Positions 1-15,219 of a DNA stretch of 64,000 bases are shown piece by piece. The first letter of the stretch is position 1; each line of letters begins with the position of its first letter. The translations under genes and the position numbers were made by a program. Under the pieces are notes generated by a model, which was not told the origin of the DNA, ran no database searches, and saw nothing but the letters and a program-made list of their open reading frames with translations. Source of the DNA: Octopus vulgaris (Eukaryota); assembly GCA_951406725.2 (NCBI GenBank), contig OX597830.1, positions 31,744,001-31,808,000 of the forward strand, in the 5' to 3' direction.

Positions 1-30
1 CACAGACACACAAACATATATATGTATATA

Positions 31-79
<49 letters not shown>

Positions 80-236
80 GGCAGGTTTCTTTCAGTTTCC
101 GCCTACCAAATCCACTCACAAGGCTTTGGTTGGCCTCAGGCTTCGTTGAAGACACTTGCCTAAGGTACCACATGGTGGGATTGAAGCCAGAACCCTGTGG
201 TTGGGAAGTAAGCTTCTTACTACACAGCCATGCCTC
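1..236 (-). mobile_element. SINE family A (tRNA head, CORE-like segment), 5' half; continues off the window edge
   Basis: Reverse complement of the head, CORE-like segment and internal (TA)n/(TG)n seen in the full copies, e.g. 24167-24585. Confidence 0.85.
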
Positions 237-477
237 AAGATTTGGGCCACATGAGACATGGATCATAATGAGATAGGCCACACCACTAAAAAATAATTCC
301 AGGTAGTTTTTCATTGGGTGTACCATTCGGAAGTCCTTCAAACTAAAGTTAGCCCAAAACTGATTTATAGAGTGCCCCACAGCCCTTTTTTCACTTGCTC
401 TTTCCAGAATATGGCAGCACACCTGAACTGAAAATATAATTAAAAGGTATAGAGAAAAAAATTATTTTCAGGTTATA

Positions 478-545
478 CTGCGGCACACCTAGCATCGGCT
501 CGTGGCACACTGGAGTGCTGTGGCATACTGGTTGTGGATCTTCTT
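478..545. mobile_element. Decayed terminus of a hAT-type DNA transposon or MITE
   Basis: GCGGCACAC..CTCGTGGCACACTGGAGTGCTGTGGCATACTGGTTG resembles the repeated CGGCACAC subterminal motif of hAT-type MITE ends. No partner end was identified. Confidence 0.4.
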
Positions 546-709
546 TGACAGAAGTACTCAAAGTGTAAGAAATTTCAGGTTTGTGACCCAAAATAGTAAG
601 GTTCTTGGTAAAGACTTTAAAGACTTTTGGTCTTTAGAAAATGTACTGGTGACCTTAATGACAAGGGATACAGAGTGAGGGGAGGGAGGGGAAGGAGAAA
701 AAGACAGTG

Positions 710-764
710 AGAAAAAAAAGAAGGCAAGAAAGAAAGAAAGAGAGAAAGAAAGAAAGAAAGAAAA

Positions 765-803
<39 letters not shown>

Positions 804-816
804 GAAGGAAGGAAGA
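710..816 (+). repeat. (AAAG)n/(AAGG)n purine microsatellite
   Basis: Direct reading. Confidence 0.95.
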
Positions 817-1313
817 AACTGGTTAATGGTCATGAATGTGGTTGTTTAGATTATGAAGGAGATATTTATTTAGAGGAAAATACACACACAAGCCTATACA
901 AATACATATATTGTCTGATTCAAACACCAAATGCACACACAATTACATACACACACATATAAGTAGAGACACATTCACACACACATATATGTACACACGA
1001 ACACATACACACACATACACGCACATATTTAGAAGAATTTATAAAGTTCAAGCAATAGACTAGGAAAAATAAATAAAACAAATGCAAAAATTAGAACTAA
1101 AAAATAAAAAAATAAAATAAAAAGAGAATGTTGAGTAGAGAACTTTAATTAATTAAAACATGGTAATATGGTTTCTTTGTTTATTTACTACTATGAGGTT
1201 TGGATAAATGGCTATATTTCATACATACTTATTTATGTATATACCTACATTTTCTGTCTTACACACACACACACACACATGCGTAAATAAGTATGTATTT
1301 GAGAGTGCATGTA

Positions 1314-1710
1314 TACTCTTTTACTTGTTTCACTCATTTGACTGCGGCCATGCTGGAGCACCGCCTTTAGTCGAGCAAATCGACCCTGGGACTTATTCTT
1401 TGTAAGCCCAGTACTTATTCTATCGGTCTCTTTTGCCGAACCGCTAAGTGACGGGGACGTAAACACACCAGCATCGGTTGTCAAGCAATGCTAGGGGGAC
1501 AAACACACACACATACACACACATATATATATATATATACATATATACGACAGGCTTCTTTCAGTTTCCGTCTACCAAATCCACTCACAAGGCATTGGTT
1601 GGCCCGGGGCTATAGCAGAATATACTTGCCCAAGATGCCACACAGTGGGACTGAACCCGGAACCATGTGGTTGGTTAGCAAGCTACTTACCACACAGCCA
1701 CTCCTGCGCC
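1314..1710 (-). mobile_element. SINE family A, full-length young copy
   Basis: On the minus strand: GGCGCAGGAGTGGCTGTGTGG (A box), GGTTCAGTCCC (B box), CORE-like CATCTTGGGCAAGT, internal (TA)n(TG)n, and a GTAAAAGAGTA tail. Flanked by TA repeats. Confidence 0.92.
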
Positions 1711-1773
1711 TATATATATCATATACACTTATAGATCTGTATGTACATTATATATTATATGTTTATCTCATGC

Positions 1774-1827
<54 letters not shown>

Positions 1828-1877
1828 TATGTTTTTTATCTATCTATAATTTTTTTATCTATCTATCTATTTGCTGT

Positions 1878-2255
1878 GCTAACCTTGGATCATTGGGTGA
1901 CCTGCTTTGCTTGAGGAGACCTATTGAGTCAAGTACATCAACATCAAAATAAAAATCAAATGGAAATTGTAGTTGTGATACCCGTGCCGGTGGCACGTAA
2001 AAAGCACCATCCGAATGTGGCTGATGCCAGTGCAGCCTTGACTGTCGTCCGTTCCGGTGGCATGTAAAAAGCACCAACCAATCGTGGCTGTTGCCAGCCT
2101 CCTCTGAGTGGTTGGCGTTAGGAAGGGCATCCAACTGTAGAAATACTGCCAGATCAGACTGGTGCCTGGTGCAGCTTCCTGGCTTCCCAGACCCCGGTCG
2201 AACCGTCCAGCCCATGCTAATATGTAAAATGGACGTTAAACGATGATGATGATGA
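1878..2255 (+). mobile_element. Family C non-autonomous retroposon (RTE-like; GGAAGGGCATCC motif, (GAT)n tail)
   Basis: Repeated CCGGTGGCAYGTAAAAAGCACC, then GGTTGGCGTTAGGAAGGGCATCC, then CCCATGCTA..GGACGTTAAACGATGATGAT. More than 10 related copies occur in the window. Confidence 0.8.
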
Positions 2256-2690
2256 TATATATACATATGCATATATATATATATATGCATATGTATATAT
2301 ATACATATATATATATGTATATATATGTATATATATATGTATGTATATATGTATATATATATCTCTCTCTCTCTCTCTATATATATATATGATGATGATG
2401 ATATATATACATATGCATATATATATATATGCATATGTATATATATACATATATATATATGTATATATATGTATATATATATGTATGTATATATGTATAT
2501 ATATATATCTATATATATATATATACACACACACACACATACACACACACATATATATATATATATATCTATATATCATCATCATCATCATCGTCGTTTA
2601 GCATCCGTTTTCCATGCTAGCATGGGTTATATATATGGATATATAATATATATATGTGTGTGTATGTGTATATATATATATATGTATATA

Positions 2691-2773
<83 letters not shown>

Positions 2774-3184
2774 ACATAATTGGGGCAAAACCTGAAACTG
2801 TGGTTGGGAAGCAAACTTGTCACCACACATGGCACACAAACGTCATACAAAGAAGAAATTTGCCCCAATGACTAATCAAAAAAAATTGATCATGAAAAGG
2901 GAGACAAGCATCCAAAAGTTGCTACTCAAGAATGACGTTCCTTGATTCATTGATTCATTTTTTGTATTTACACAAATTTGAGAAACCCCGTGAATAAAAC
3001 GAGACTGTTTTCTAAAATGGAGGCAAACACCTCTCTCCATGTGATTGGCTTGAAGAATTGTTAAGACACTAGAATATTTTCCTACGTTTCTTAACATGAA
3101 ACCAATGAAACTTTAATTCACAATTAAAGAAATTATATCCACCAATGCAGTGTTGAGCATTCATTTCCATCATTCAACATTTAC

Positions 3185-3267
<83 letters not shown>

Positions 3268-3268
<1 letters not shown>

Positions 3269-3513
3269 CATCATCATCATCATCATCATCATTTAGCGTC
3301 CGCTTTCCATGCTAGCATGGGTTGGACGGTTCAACTGGGGTCTGGGAAGCCTGAAGGCTGCACCAGGCCCAGTCTGATCTGGCAGTGTTTTTACGGCTGG
3401 ATGCCCTTCCTAACGCCAACCACTCCATGAGTGTAATGGGTGCTTTTTATGTGCCACCCTATAGGTGCCAGACGGGGCTGGCAAACGGCCACGGACGGAT
3501 GGTGCTTTTTACG

Positions 3514-3518
<5 letters not shown>
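3268..3518 (-). mobile_element. Family C copy
   Basis: (CAT)n-TTAGCGTCCGCTTTCCATGCTAGCATGGG...GGATGCCCTTCCTAACGCCAACC. Confidence 0.85.
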
Positions 3519-3552
<34 letters not shown>

Positions 3553-4062
3553 TATATGAGCATAATACCATAAATTCCATATAAGACAATGGAATTTCTT
3601 GCTGTCTTCTTTCAATTTGTCTTAACACTTCTACTTCAAGCCTTGCTTCCTTTTTTTCTCGTGTTCTATTTTGACTTCTTTCAGTTATTTTCTACATTTC
3701 CCTCTCAAAGCTTTCCCTCTGTTTCTTCTTGTGCTACTTGTCATTTTACACCATTTCTTCTCTCTAACTATCATTGTACCTAAATTTAATCTTATGATAT
3801 TTGTCTTCACACTGCAATTTGAAATCAGATAGTTTTTACCTAAGAACATATTCCCTTATTTCACTTGTAATTAACTACAGTACATCTAAACATTTAGGAA
3901 TTATTTTTTACAAAATCATCTTTTCCTTTTATTTCTCTACCACTCTCATTATCTCACTAGCTTTCCTTAATCTCTGTAACTCATTCATATACTCCATTAT
4001 TTCTGTCTGTCTGTCTCTCTGTTCGTCTGTCTCTGTCTCTGTGTCTTTCCATTTATTTTTTT

Positions 4063-4347
4063 TATGATCAGGCTATCAGATGTTGCTACACATTGCTGGT
4101 CACAATGCAAGCAGCCTTCAAATGATGCCACCCTGTTGGCTAAGCAAGCAGGCCAACAGAAGAAAGAGTGAGATAAAGTTGTGGTGAAAGAGTTCAGCAG
4201 GGATCGCCCCCCCCCCCCTGCCGGAGCCTTGTGGAGCTTTAGGTGTTTTCGCTCAATAAACACTCACGACACCTGGTCTGGGAATCGAAATCACGATCCT
4301 ACGACCACGAGTCCATTGCCCTAACCACTGGGCCATTGCACCTTTCC
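4063..4347 (-). mobile_element. SINE family E (tRNA-derived head)
   Basis: Minus strand begins GGAAAGGTGCAATGGCCCAGTGGTTAGGGC...GATTTCGATTCCC (A/B boxes). Its 3' part recurs at 15335-15444 (+). Confidence 0.8.
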
Positions 4348-5302
4348 ATATATATATAAATATATATATATATATTTGAGCAACAAAGTTTTCCAACTAC
4401 TGCATTTTCCAAATGTCCTTAAGAAGGGGTCATAACCCTGAAATACAAGATAAAACTGCAAATTTACTTAGGTTTTGTTTTTCCTTTTGTAGTTCACTTT
4501 GTACCTGTTCACACTGTTCCAGTCTTACACAACAAATCTCTTTAAAATATATATGTATATATATATGTATATATGTATATATATATATGTATATATATAT
4601 GTATATATGTCATCATCATCATTTAGTGTCTGCTTTTCATGCTGGTATGGGTTATGTATATATATATATATATATACATATGCACTTGTGTTCTTTTATA
4701 AGCTGCTCTGGGAACCATCACAGAGTTGGATCTACAGTTTGTACAGATTAGGCACCTATATGTCTATATACATATGCCTGTATACTTATATATAGACAGA
4801 TGTGTAGATATACATGTACAAATAACAGCAGACAACCAGCAAAAAATAACTTTAATTGTTCTGCATATTGGAAACCCAGTACATGACCTTTCCTAGCACC
4901 ATTAATGTTGAAATACCAAAGTTCTTATGAATCCTGCAACTGAACATTATATCATCATCATCGTCATCATGATTGTTTAAAATCTGCCTTCCATACTAGC
5001 ATGGATGTAACGGTTTCACAAGAGTCAGCCAGGCTGAAGCCTGCACCAGACTTTTGTGACTGTTTTGGCAGGATTTTTACAGGTGGGTACCCTTCTTAAC
5101 ACCAACCACTCAACAGAGTGGACTTAGTACTTTTTACATGGCACAAACACCAATGAGGTCAGTTTTGGCAAGGTTTTTACACCTGCATGCCCTTTCGAAT
5201 GCCAACCACTTTACAGTGTGGACTAGGTGCTTTTAAGTAGCACCTGCACTGACAGGGTTACTAACTACTTGCAACACAAAAAAGAAAAAACATGTATGGA
5301 TA

Positions 5303-5520
5303 TATTGGTTTCAAATTTTGGCACAAGGCCAGCAGTTTTGGGGGAGGGGTTTCGCCAATGACATCAAGCCCAGTACTTTGACTGGTACTTGTTTTATCGA
5401 CCTCGAAAGGATAAATGGCCATATTCACACTGACAGGATTTGATCTCAGAATGTAAAGATGGACAAAATGTCGACAAGCACTTTTCCTGGTGTGCTAATC
5501 TTTCTGCTACCTTGCCGCTG
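5303..5520 (-). mobile_element. SINE family B, diverged copy
   Basis: Matches the 46199-46411 and 37720-37947 copies (GGCACAAGGC, CTGGTACTT..TTTATCGACC.CGAAAGGAT). Confidence 0.75.
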
Positions 5521-5649
5521 TATATGTACATACTTATATTGATGCTTGTTTTTATGTTGAGTTATAATAGAAGCAAGTGATATTTTCGTAGAACACATTT
5601 ATCTTCTATCTGTCTCAATCATAGATCTACATATGCACACATATATAAA

Positions 5650-5935
5650 TGGCAGGCTTCTTTCAGTTTCAATCTACCAAATCCACTCACAAGTCTTTGG
5701 TCGGCCTGAGGCTATAGTAGAAGACACTTGCCCAAGGTGCCACGCAGTGGGACTGAACCTGGAATCATGTGGTCGGGAAGCATACTGAGGTAGAAGTTTA
5801 GTTTTTGATTTTGAGGCATGGCTAGCAGAAAAAGACATGAGAAAATGCAGAGCCAGGAGTGGCTGTGTGGTAAGTGGCTTGCTTGCCAGCCACATGGTTC
5901 CTGGTTCAGTCCCACTGCATTACCACACAGCCACA
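5650..5935 (-). mobile_element. SINE A 5' half carrying an inverted templated insertion (5784-5920)
   Basis: The head is interrupted between GGGAAGCA and TACCACACAGCCAC by the reverse complement of 6692-6828. Confidence 0.85.
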
Positions 5936-6094
5936 ACAAAAATATTGCTGAGAGTGACTTTGAAGTTTCAAACTGCTTGACTTTTATCAGGCAAAATGTG
6001 CACGCACACAGACACACACACACGCACACACACCAACACACACACACGTAGTTACCTTACTATTACCTCACAATCAAATTTTCCTTCATACTGG

Positions 6095-6291
6095 CTCTTT
6101 ACTCTCTTTTACTCTTTTTACTGGAGCACCGCCTTTAGCCGAAGAAATTGACCCCAGGACTTATTCTTTGTATGCCTAGTACTTATTCTATTGGTTTCTT
6201 TTGCCGAACTACTAAGTTATGGCGATGTAAACACACCAGCATCAGTTGTCAAGTGATGTTGGGGGACAAATACAGACACAAATGTATACAC

Positions 6292-6344
<53 letters not shown>

Positions 6345-6550
6345 CGTTCGCCAGCCTCGTCTGGCACCTGTGTCGGTGGCACATAAAATCACCCACTACA
6401 CTCTGGAGTGGTATAGGAAGGGCATCCATATGTAGAAACACTGCCATATCTGACTGGCCTGGTGCAGCCTTCGGGCTCCCCAGACCCCAGTTGAACGTCC
6501 AACCCATGCTAGCATGGAAAACGGACGCTTGATGATGATGATGATGATGA

Positions 6551-6607
<57 letters not shown>

Positions 6608-6760
6608 TATGATGAGCTTCCATCTACCAAATCCACTCACAAGACTTTGGTCAACCTGAGACTCTAGTAGAAGACACTTGTCCAAGATGCCATGCAGTGG
6701 GACTGAACCTGGAACCATGTGGCTGGTAAGCAAGCCACTTACCACACAGCCACTCCTGGC
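6095..6760 (-). mobile_element. SINE A split by a family C copy (6342-6553, +) inserted in its internal (TA)n
   Basis: 3' half at 6095-6300 and 5' half at 6613-6760, with the family C body between two TA tracts. Confidence 0.8.
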
Positions 6761-7109
6761 TCTGCATTTTCTCATGTCTTTCTCTGCTAGCCATGCCTCA
6801 AAATCAAAAACTGAACTTCTACCTCAGTGTGTTAGTCTGTTTGTGTGCGTGCGCGCGTGTGTGTGTGTGTGTTTATTTTTGGTGTGTGTCTGTTTTTCTA
6901 GTTCTGTCATTCTCTCACTCTTATTAACTGCTCTTATATCATCATCATCATCATTACCACCACCACCACAACCACCACCATCACCATCCGCTTCATCATC
7001 ATCATCATCATCGTCGTCGTCGTCGTCGTCATCATCACCACCACCACCACCACCATCATCATCATCATGATCATGATCATCATCATCATTATTATTATTG
7101 TTGTTGTTA

Positions 7110-7140
<31 letters not shown>

Positions 7141-7555
7141 CATCCCTCAAATTCCCTCTGTTTGTATTGCAAAATATTCAAGATTACTTGTTATTTTTTT
7201 CTTCAATCACTCTTTTTCTTGTATTCCTCCCAATATTTCATTGTCTGCTCACATGACAGACTGTTTTGAAAGCACTCTGGCTCACTGACAGCTGACTACT
7301 TAACCCTCTCCTTCTCACTTCTCATAATTTTCACTTACTTTTCTTAACCTCTCTCTTAGTTTCTCTGTCTTACCCGTTATCAATGTTCCTCCAGTCTATT
7401 TTTACTATCTAATGTAATACTTTTCAATACTTTCTTTCTCTCTCATATCTCACTCAGCACAGTCATTGCTTTCTCCTTCCCCATTCTTACTATAAAGCAG
7501 AAAGGCAGAAGCCAACGAACAAAAAGACACTTGAGCTTGTATATACAATATGTGT

Positions 7556-7597
<42 letters not shown>

Positions 7598-7782
7598 GTG
7601 TGTGAGTGTGCATGTGGGTGTACACATATTTTTGAGCAGAAATGCATGTGTATTTTGTGTACAATTTTATCTTGAAATAGTTTTACTACTTCACTTAAAA
7701 CTTGAAGCAAAGTACAAACACACACACACATTCATTGATGTACACATACATACATATATGTATACATGCATATTTATGCATG

Positions 7783-7862
<80 letters not shown>

Positions 7863-7912
7863 TACACACATATATATACATGTGTAAATATATGTCTTCA
7901 AGTGTGTGTGTG

Positions 7913-7945
<33 letters not shown>

Positions 7946-8118
7946 GCATTTATGTGCGTGTGTGTGTGTGTGTGTATACAAGTACACATACATATATTGT
8001 GTATATATTACATGAAGTATTGTTTAAACATCTTGCTCAGAAGCCTTCGAAATACAAGGAAAATTCAAACAATTGCTTCAATATACAGCAACAGACAGGG
8101 AGAGAGAGAGAGAGGAGA

Positions 8119-8160
<42 letters not shown>

Positions 8161-8487
8161 AAAACCAAAAGCACATCTATCTATCTATGTATTATTTTAC
8201 ATATAAGCAGAAATCAAAGAATCTGAAATTAAGACATACGATGCATGCAAAATTATACATTGATACAGATACACATTCATGCATATATTCATGTATCTTT
8301 TATAGATATCTTAATATATGTATGCGTCTGCAAGAGAAAATCAAACACAAACAAACCATAGGTACACCATGTATATACCGAAAATTCTGACATGCGTATA
8401 CATGCATACATACATACATACATACATACATACATACATACATACATACATACATACATGCATGCATACATATATACATACATGCAT

Positions 8488-9455
8488 ATCATCGTTTAAC
8501 GTCGGTTTTCCATGCTGGCATGGGTTGGACGGTTCCACTGGAGTCTGGGAAGCCAGGAAGCTGCACCAGGCTCCAGTCTGATCTGGCAGTGTTACTACAG
8601 CTGGATGCCCTTCCTAACGCCAACCACTCCAAGAGTGTAGTGGGTGCTTTTTTACATGCCATCGGCACAGGGGCCAGAATGAGCTGGCATATAAATGTAT
8701 AAATGTGTGGCTGTGTGGTAAGAATATTTTACTTCCCAACCCCATGGTTTCAGGTTCAGTCCCACTGCATGGCACCTTGGACAAGTGACTTCTCTTATAT
8801 TTTTTCTCCATTTTCTTATATAAATGTAACTATAAATTAGATTATGAGAGAGGATTTGGTAGATGGAAACTGAAAGAAGCCCGTCATATTTATGTGTGTG
8901 TGTGTGTGTGCGTGTATGTGTGTATGTTTGCATGTCTAACTGATGCTGGTGTGTCTACATCTCCGTAACTTAGCAGTTTGGCAAGAATGACTGATAGAAT
9001 AAGTACTAAGCTTACAAAGAATAAGTTTTGGGGTCAATTTCTTCAACTAAAGGCGGTGCTCCACCTTGGCCACAGTCAAATGACTGAAACAAATAAACAA
9101 ATAAAAGGATATCATTGATAACACCAGTTGATCTCTGGATTTCGTAATCCCTAAAGAGGAAATTAGAAGCTCAGATTGACTATATATATATGCATATATA
9201 TATACATATATATGTATATATATCATCATCATCATCATCATCATGTAATGTCCACTTTCCATACTGGCATGGGTTGGACTCTTTGACTGAGGACTGGTGA
9301 GCCAGAAGGCTGCACCAGGCACCAGTCTGATCTGGCAAAGTTTCTATAGCTGGATGCCCTTCCTAAAACCAGCCACTCTCAAATCTCAATGATGCTCAAA
9401 TGGTGTTTTTTGCATGCCACCTGTACAGGAACCAGTCTGGTGGCACTGGCAATGA
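8488..9455. mobile_element. Cluster: family C (8488-8672, -), SINE A (8704-9108, +), family C (9223-9455, -)
   Basis: Diagnostic motifs of each family. Confidence 0.8.
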
Positions 9456-9491
<36 letters not shown>

Positions 9492-9509
9492 ACATATACA
9501 ATCCCTCTA

Positions 9510-9567
<58 letters not shown>

Positions 9568-9589
9568 ATATCAAAATGTAATTCATGCA

Positions 9590-9770
9590 AATCTTTGGTG
9601 ATTTCCTTTTCCTCTGTCTTCCTTTTGTACTTTCTTCTGTTTCTGAAGAAGAGCTTTGCTTGAAATGTTAAACCATGATTCTTTCCTTCCTTGAGTGTCT
9701 GCTAATATTTTACATGTACCACGTCCTCACATTGTTGTTTTTTGTGTTTATTCTTTGTTGTTTTTCGCTT
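9590..9770 (+). mobile_element. Penelope-like pLTR-type fragment with a decayed minimal hammerhead (9639-9673)
   Basis: GTTT-CTGAAGA-A-GAGC-TTT-GCTT-GAAA-TGT-T-AAAC. A related, more decayed copy lies on the minus strand at about 20205-20345. Confidence 0.5.
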
Positions 9771-9791
9771 ATATATATATATATATATATG

Positions 9792-10005
9792 TTGAGACAC
9801 CCTTCAGTCATGACTGACCATGGGATTGCACCTAGAAAGTTGCCCTCCAGGCAAGATTGTTTATGGAAGACAAGCAGTCACCCAGGCATACTGGCCACCC
9901 CTCTCCATGCCATCAGTGTTATCCAAGGGAAAGGCAAAGGCCGATACAGCTTGGCACCTCATGGTTGTAAGCTCGATGCTCTAACCACTGAGCCATGCGC
10001 CTTCA
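9792..10005 (-). mobile_element. SINE family D1 (tRNA head), internally deleted
   Basis: Minus-strand head GAAGGCGCATGGCTCAGTGGTTAGAGC. The body GTTATCCAAGGGAAAGGCAAAGG is shared with 42435-42637. Confidence 0.8.
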
Positions 10006-10673
10006 CATATATATATATATATATATATATATACCCACATATAAATATATACCCATATCTATACATGCACATACACATGTGCATATCTGTTAAATACATT
10101 CTTTTATATACATATACAAGGAACATGGATGGATAAATATATTTTATCATAGATATATGTCTGTAGATTAGAATGAACATTTTAAACTGTGAAATTAACT
10201 CCATGTTCATACATATACAAATCTGGATATACATACATAAATCTACATATAGACACCCAAACATTCGCACAAACATCTATCCCAACTCACACTTATATAT
10301 ATGGATATGCAAAAAACATACACCTTACATTTATATTATATGTATTATTCAAGCACAGAGATTAACGTACCATAAACATACAGATCTTATACAATAAGAC
10401 TTACAAATACATTTACACACAACCATATACACAAACATATACATACACACACATATACGCACTTACAGACGTATAGATATTGTCTTGCAAGCAGATATAT
10501 GTAGAAATGTATACATAGGCACATTACTTAATGGTAAACCTCAATCAACATTACACACTGTTATAGTGAGAATATTTTGAAATATAGCAGCTGGTTTAAT
10601 TAAAATATTTTCAGAGAAAAATAAACTTTTATACACACATGAGTGTGTATATACACACATATATATCTATGTG

Positions 10674-10717
<44 letters not shown>

Positions 10718-11233
10718 TATATTTACATATATATATACATGTATATATATATGTGTGTATGTGTAAAAATACATATGTATAAATGTATATACATATATAT
10801 GTATATATGTGTGTGGATGTATAAGTGTATGTGAATTTTTTTTTTTCCTCGATTCTCAAGAATAAAAGACGTGATATTTTTATATATTGCTAAATAAAAT
10901 TTAGAATAAAACAAGAAATAGAAGGGTGGGAGGGAGGAAGATAAATTTCTTCAAGGAGAAATAATTAATATACTGAAAAAATTATTTAAAATATGTAAAT
11001 AAACTTTACAATAGTATTGTTTGATATTTTTGTTTTTATATTTCTTTGTCATATTATAAAAGTTTTTTTTTTTCTCTGCGTTGTGTTATGTATTTTCATC
11101 TCTTCTTAGTCAGAAATTATTCAAATTTATTATAAACGAATATACATACATACACATGTACAGATATAATTATACATACATACATACATAAATACATACA
11201 TACATACATGCATACATACATACTTACATACAG

Positions 11234-11267
<34 letters not shown>

Positions 11268-11510
11268 ACATACACACATATACACACACTCACAAATACA
11301 TATATATTTATACACACATATACATGCATATATATATGTATACACATGCACTTACTCATGTATATAAAAGTTTGTATGTATGTGATTGTATGTGTAGATA
11401 TGCATATTTAATTTCTAAATCTTGTACAGATGTATAAATTAATATTCACAAATATGCAGCTATGTGCAATACAAATATATATACATTGCAAATATATGTG
11501 CATGTATATT

Positions 11511-11548
<38 letters not shown>

Positions 11549-11758
11549 TATGTATGTATGTATATATATATATTTATATATATATACTTATATAAATATA
11601 CATATATATATTCATATGTATGTATATGTATGTATATATGCATTTGTAGGAATTATATACATACGTGTGCATATTATATTTGATTTTAATAAATACTTTA
11701 GTTCGTTTTTATAAGAAATTTATACCAACATAAATGAAAAGAGATGAAAAGATTTCAT

Positions 11759-11798
<40 letters not shown>

Positions 11799-11943
11799 GT
11801 TTTATATAAATGTATATACATCAGTATATATGCAGGTATATTATATATACAGTTATATACATTATATATTGTTTTACCTATATACATATGTATATTTTTT
11901 TATGTATCTCTCTATCACATATATGCTTGTGCATATACATACA

Positions 11944-11977
<34 letters not shown>

Positions 11978-12293
11978 CATACATACATACATAAAGACAC
12001 ACATACACACACATATAAAGAGATTTATGGGTAGATAGATACATAGACACATCCAAGCAGCTATGCATACATACTTTCATACACCCATATGTACACAAAT
12101 TCATACATGCAGATACCCTTAATTCTATTTAAAAGCTTGATTATCCTGTACCCGTATAACCATGGTAAGCAGATAACAATATAACCAAACAATTATCCAA
12201 GCTTTTAAGAAATTTCTTACACTTTATATTTTTGCTTTGAATTATAGAAGCCCATATACAAACATATCTGTACATATATTCATACATATGTAC

Positions 12294-12347
<54 letters not shown>

Positions 12348-12385
12348 TATATTTTATATACATACACATATATATATACATATAG

Positions 12386-12493
<108 letters not shown>

Positions 12494-13356
12494 CATGGAT
12501 ATTTACATATAAATAAACACAGACATGTACATATATATATATATATACATGGCAGGTTTCTTTCAGTTTCCGTCCACCAAATCCACTCACAAAGCTTTGA
12601 TCAACCCAAGGCAATAGTACTAGATTCTTGCCCAAGGTGCCACACAGTGGGACTGAACCCAGGACCATATAGTTGGGAAGTAAGCTTCTTATCACACAGC
12701 CACACCTGTACCTAATATATATATATTAATTATATACAGATACCAAATTAAGTACTCAATACGTTATGAAACAGAAAATTAAACACTCAATAATTTAAGA
12801 AACAGAAAATCATTGATAACATATGATTTGAAATATTAAGAAAAAGAATTCTTGTTGGGTTTCAGCTGATTTTTTAAGAATTGTTAGAATTAAAACAAAT
12901 TTAACAAAATTTAACTGCATATAAACGTATAATTGTTAGAATTAAAACAAATTTAACTGCATATAAACGGAAGTTAATCCGATACACACATGCACATACA
13001 TACCAACACATACAAACATATACTTATGTACATACATGCACACAAACATATATATATATACGAAGAATAAATGCATACATCAGTATGTCTATATACATAT
13101 ACAAAGATACATACATACACACATATATATATATATATATACATATAGATACATATATATATATATATATGTATGTACATATATATATATATATAATATA
13201 CATATATAGGTATTTGTGTGCATCACATATACATGCATACATGCAATCATGTATATATCAATATGTATAAATATGTGTGTGCATGTGTGTGTGTGCAAAT
13301 TGATACCTATATATATGTGTCTGTGTGTGCCTGTGTATATGAATGTATAAGTATAA

Positions 13357-13395
<39 letters not shown>

Positions 13396-13577
13396 TATAT
13401 ACATATATATATAGGAATAACTAATAATTTTACAAACATCTAAATATATATACTCTCATATATATATATAGAGGTAAACACATGCATATATATATATATA
13501 TATATAGATGTATATGTATATATGTATATATATGTATGTGTATATATATATATATATGTATATATATATGTATATGG

Positions 13578-13623
<46 letters not shown>

Positions 13624-13735
13624 TCATACATATATGTCTGTTAGTGTATAATAATATTCTTTATTCATTTGCAGCACTATCTTGCATTTGACCTTGGGTG
13701 ATACGAAGTGCAATCGTTGCATACATGTGCATACA

Positions 13736-13784
<49 letters not shown>

Positions 13785-13993
13785 ATACTAGCATAACATA
13801 CATTAATTGTGATGGAGTAAGTAGTTGCTAAGCCTCTTATTTCCGTCTTGCATTTTTTGCTGCATCCATGATAATTCTTCGGCAGGGGGAATAACAGAGA
13901 GGGAAAAAATGCATAATGGCAGATGGCTGGGCAATCAGTTTGGACAGGGAGTGATTATACGTGCTTGGTTCTTGGGGGTGTATGTGTGTATAT

Positions 13994-14040
<47 letters not shown>

Positions 14041-14527
14041 TGCATGTGTGTGTGTATGTATGAATGTATGTATCTCTTGCTCTTGCTCTCTCTCTCTCTC
14101 TGTATATTTATGCATATATATATAAGTGTATACACACACACATACACGCATGCACACACACACACAAACAAACACATATATATTTATACTCATATCTGTA
14201 TTAATTGATTGATAGATAGATCGATAGCTATATATATACATACATACATACATACATATATACACACATACATACATACATATATATATGTATATAATTA
14301 CCTACATAAATATATATATATGTATACATATATGTGTATATATATATATATAGATATATATACATATATATATATTTATGTGTGTATATATATATATATA
14401 TATACATGTATATATGCATATATAAATTTAAATATACATATATATGCATTTACATATAATACATTTCAATATTCTAATTATTATTGCTGTTATTGGTCTT
14501 ATTTTTCTTCTTCTTCTTCCTGTTCGT

Positions 14528-14945
<418 letters not shown>

Positions 14946-15219
14946 AGATTTTTATTGCTAAGGAACTTGAAGCCTTTCTTACAATTGGTGTCTTGTGCCA
15001 ACAATAATTACTTGCAAACTTCGAAGTCACTAACAAAAAATTTGATGCTGAAATATCTGATATTACTATTGCAGTGATTTGTCTCTTTTGTTTTTAATAT
15101 TCACAGCTTTTATAATTTTATTCTAAAAATAGAAAATAGATCTTTTATACAAACATACATACATGTACATGCACACACATACGTATATATATACATATGA
15201 ACATACTTGAAAATATAGA

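Noticed and set aside
5955-6000. Minus-strand CTGATAA...GAAACTTCAAAGTC hammerhead-like string
   Set aside because: Core mismatch, weak stem II and no stem I pairing.
12879-12969. Short direct duplication AATTGTTAGAATTAAAACAAATTTAAC..TGCATATAAACG (also 63567-63600)
   Set aside because: Ordinary local slippage duplication with no further structure.
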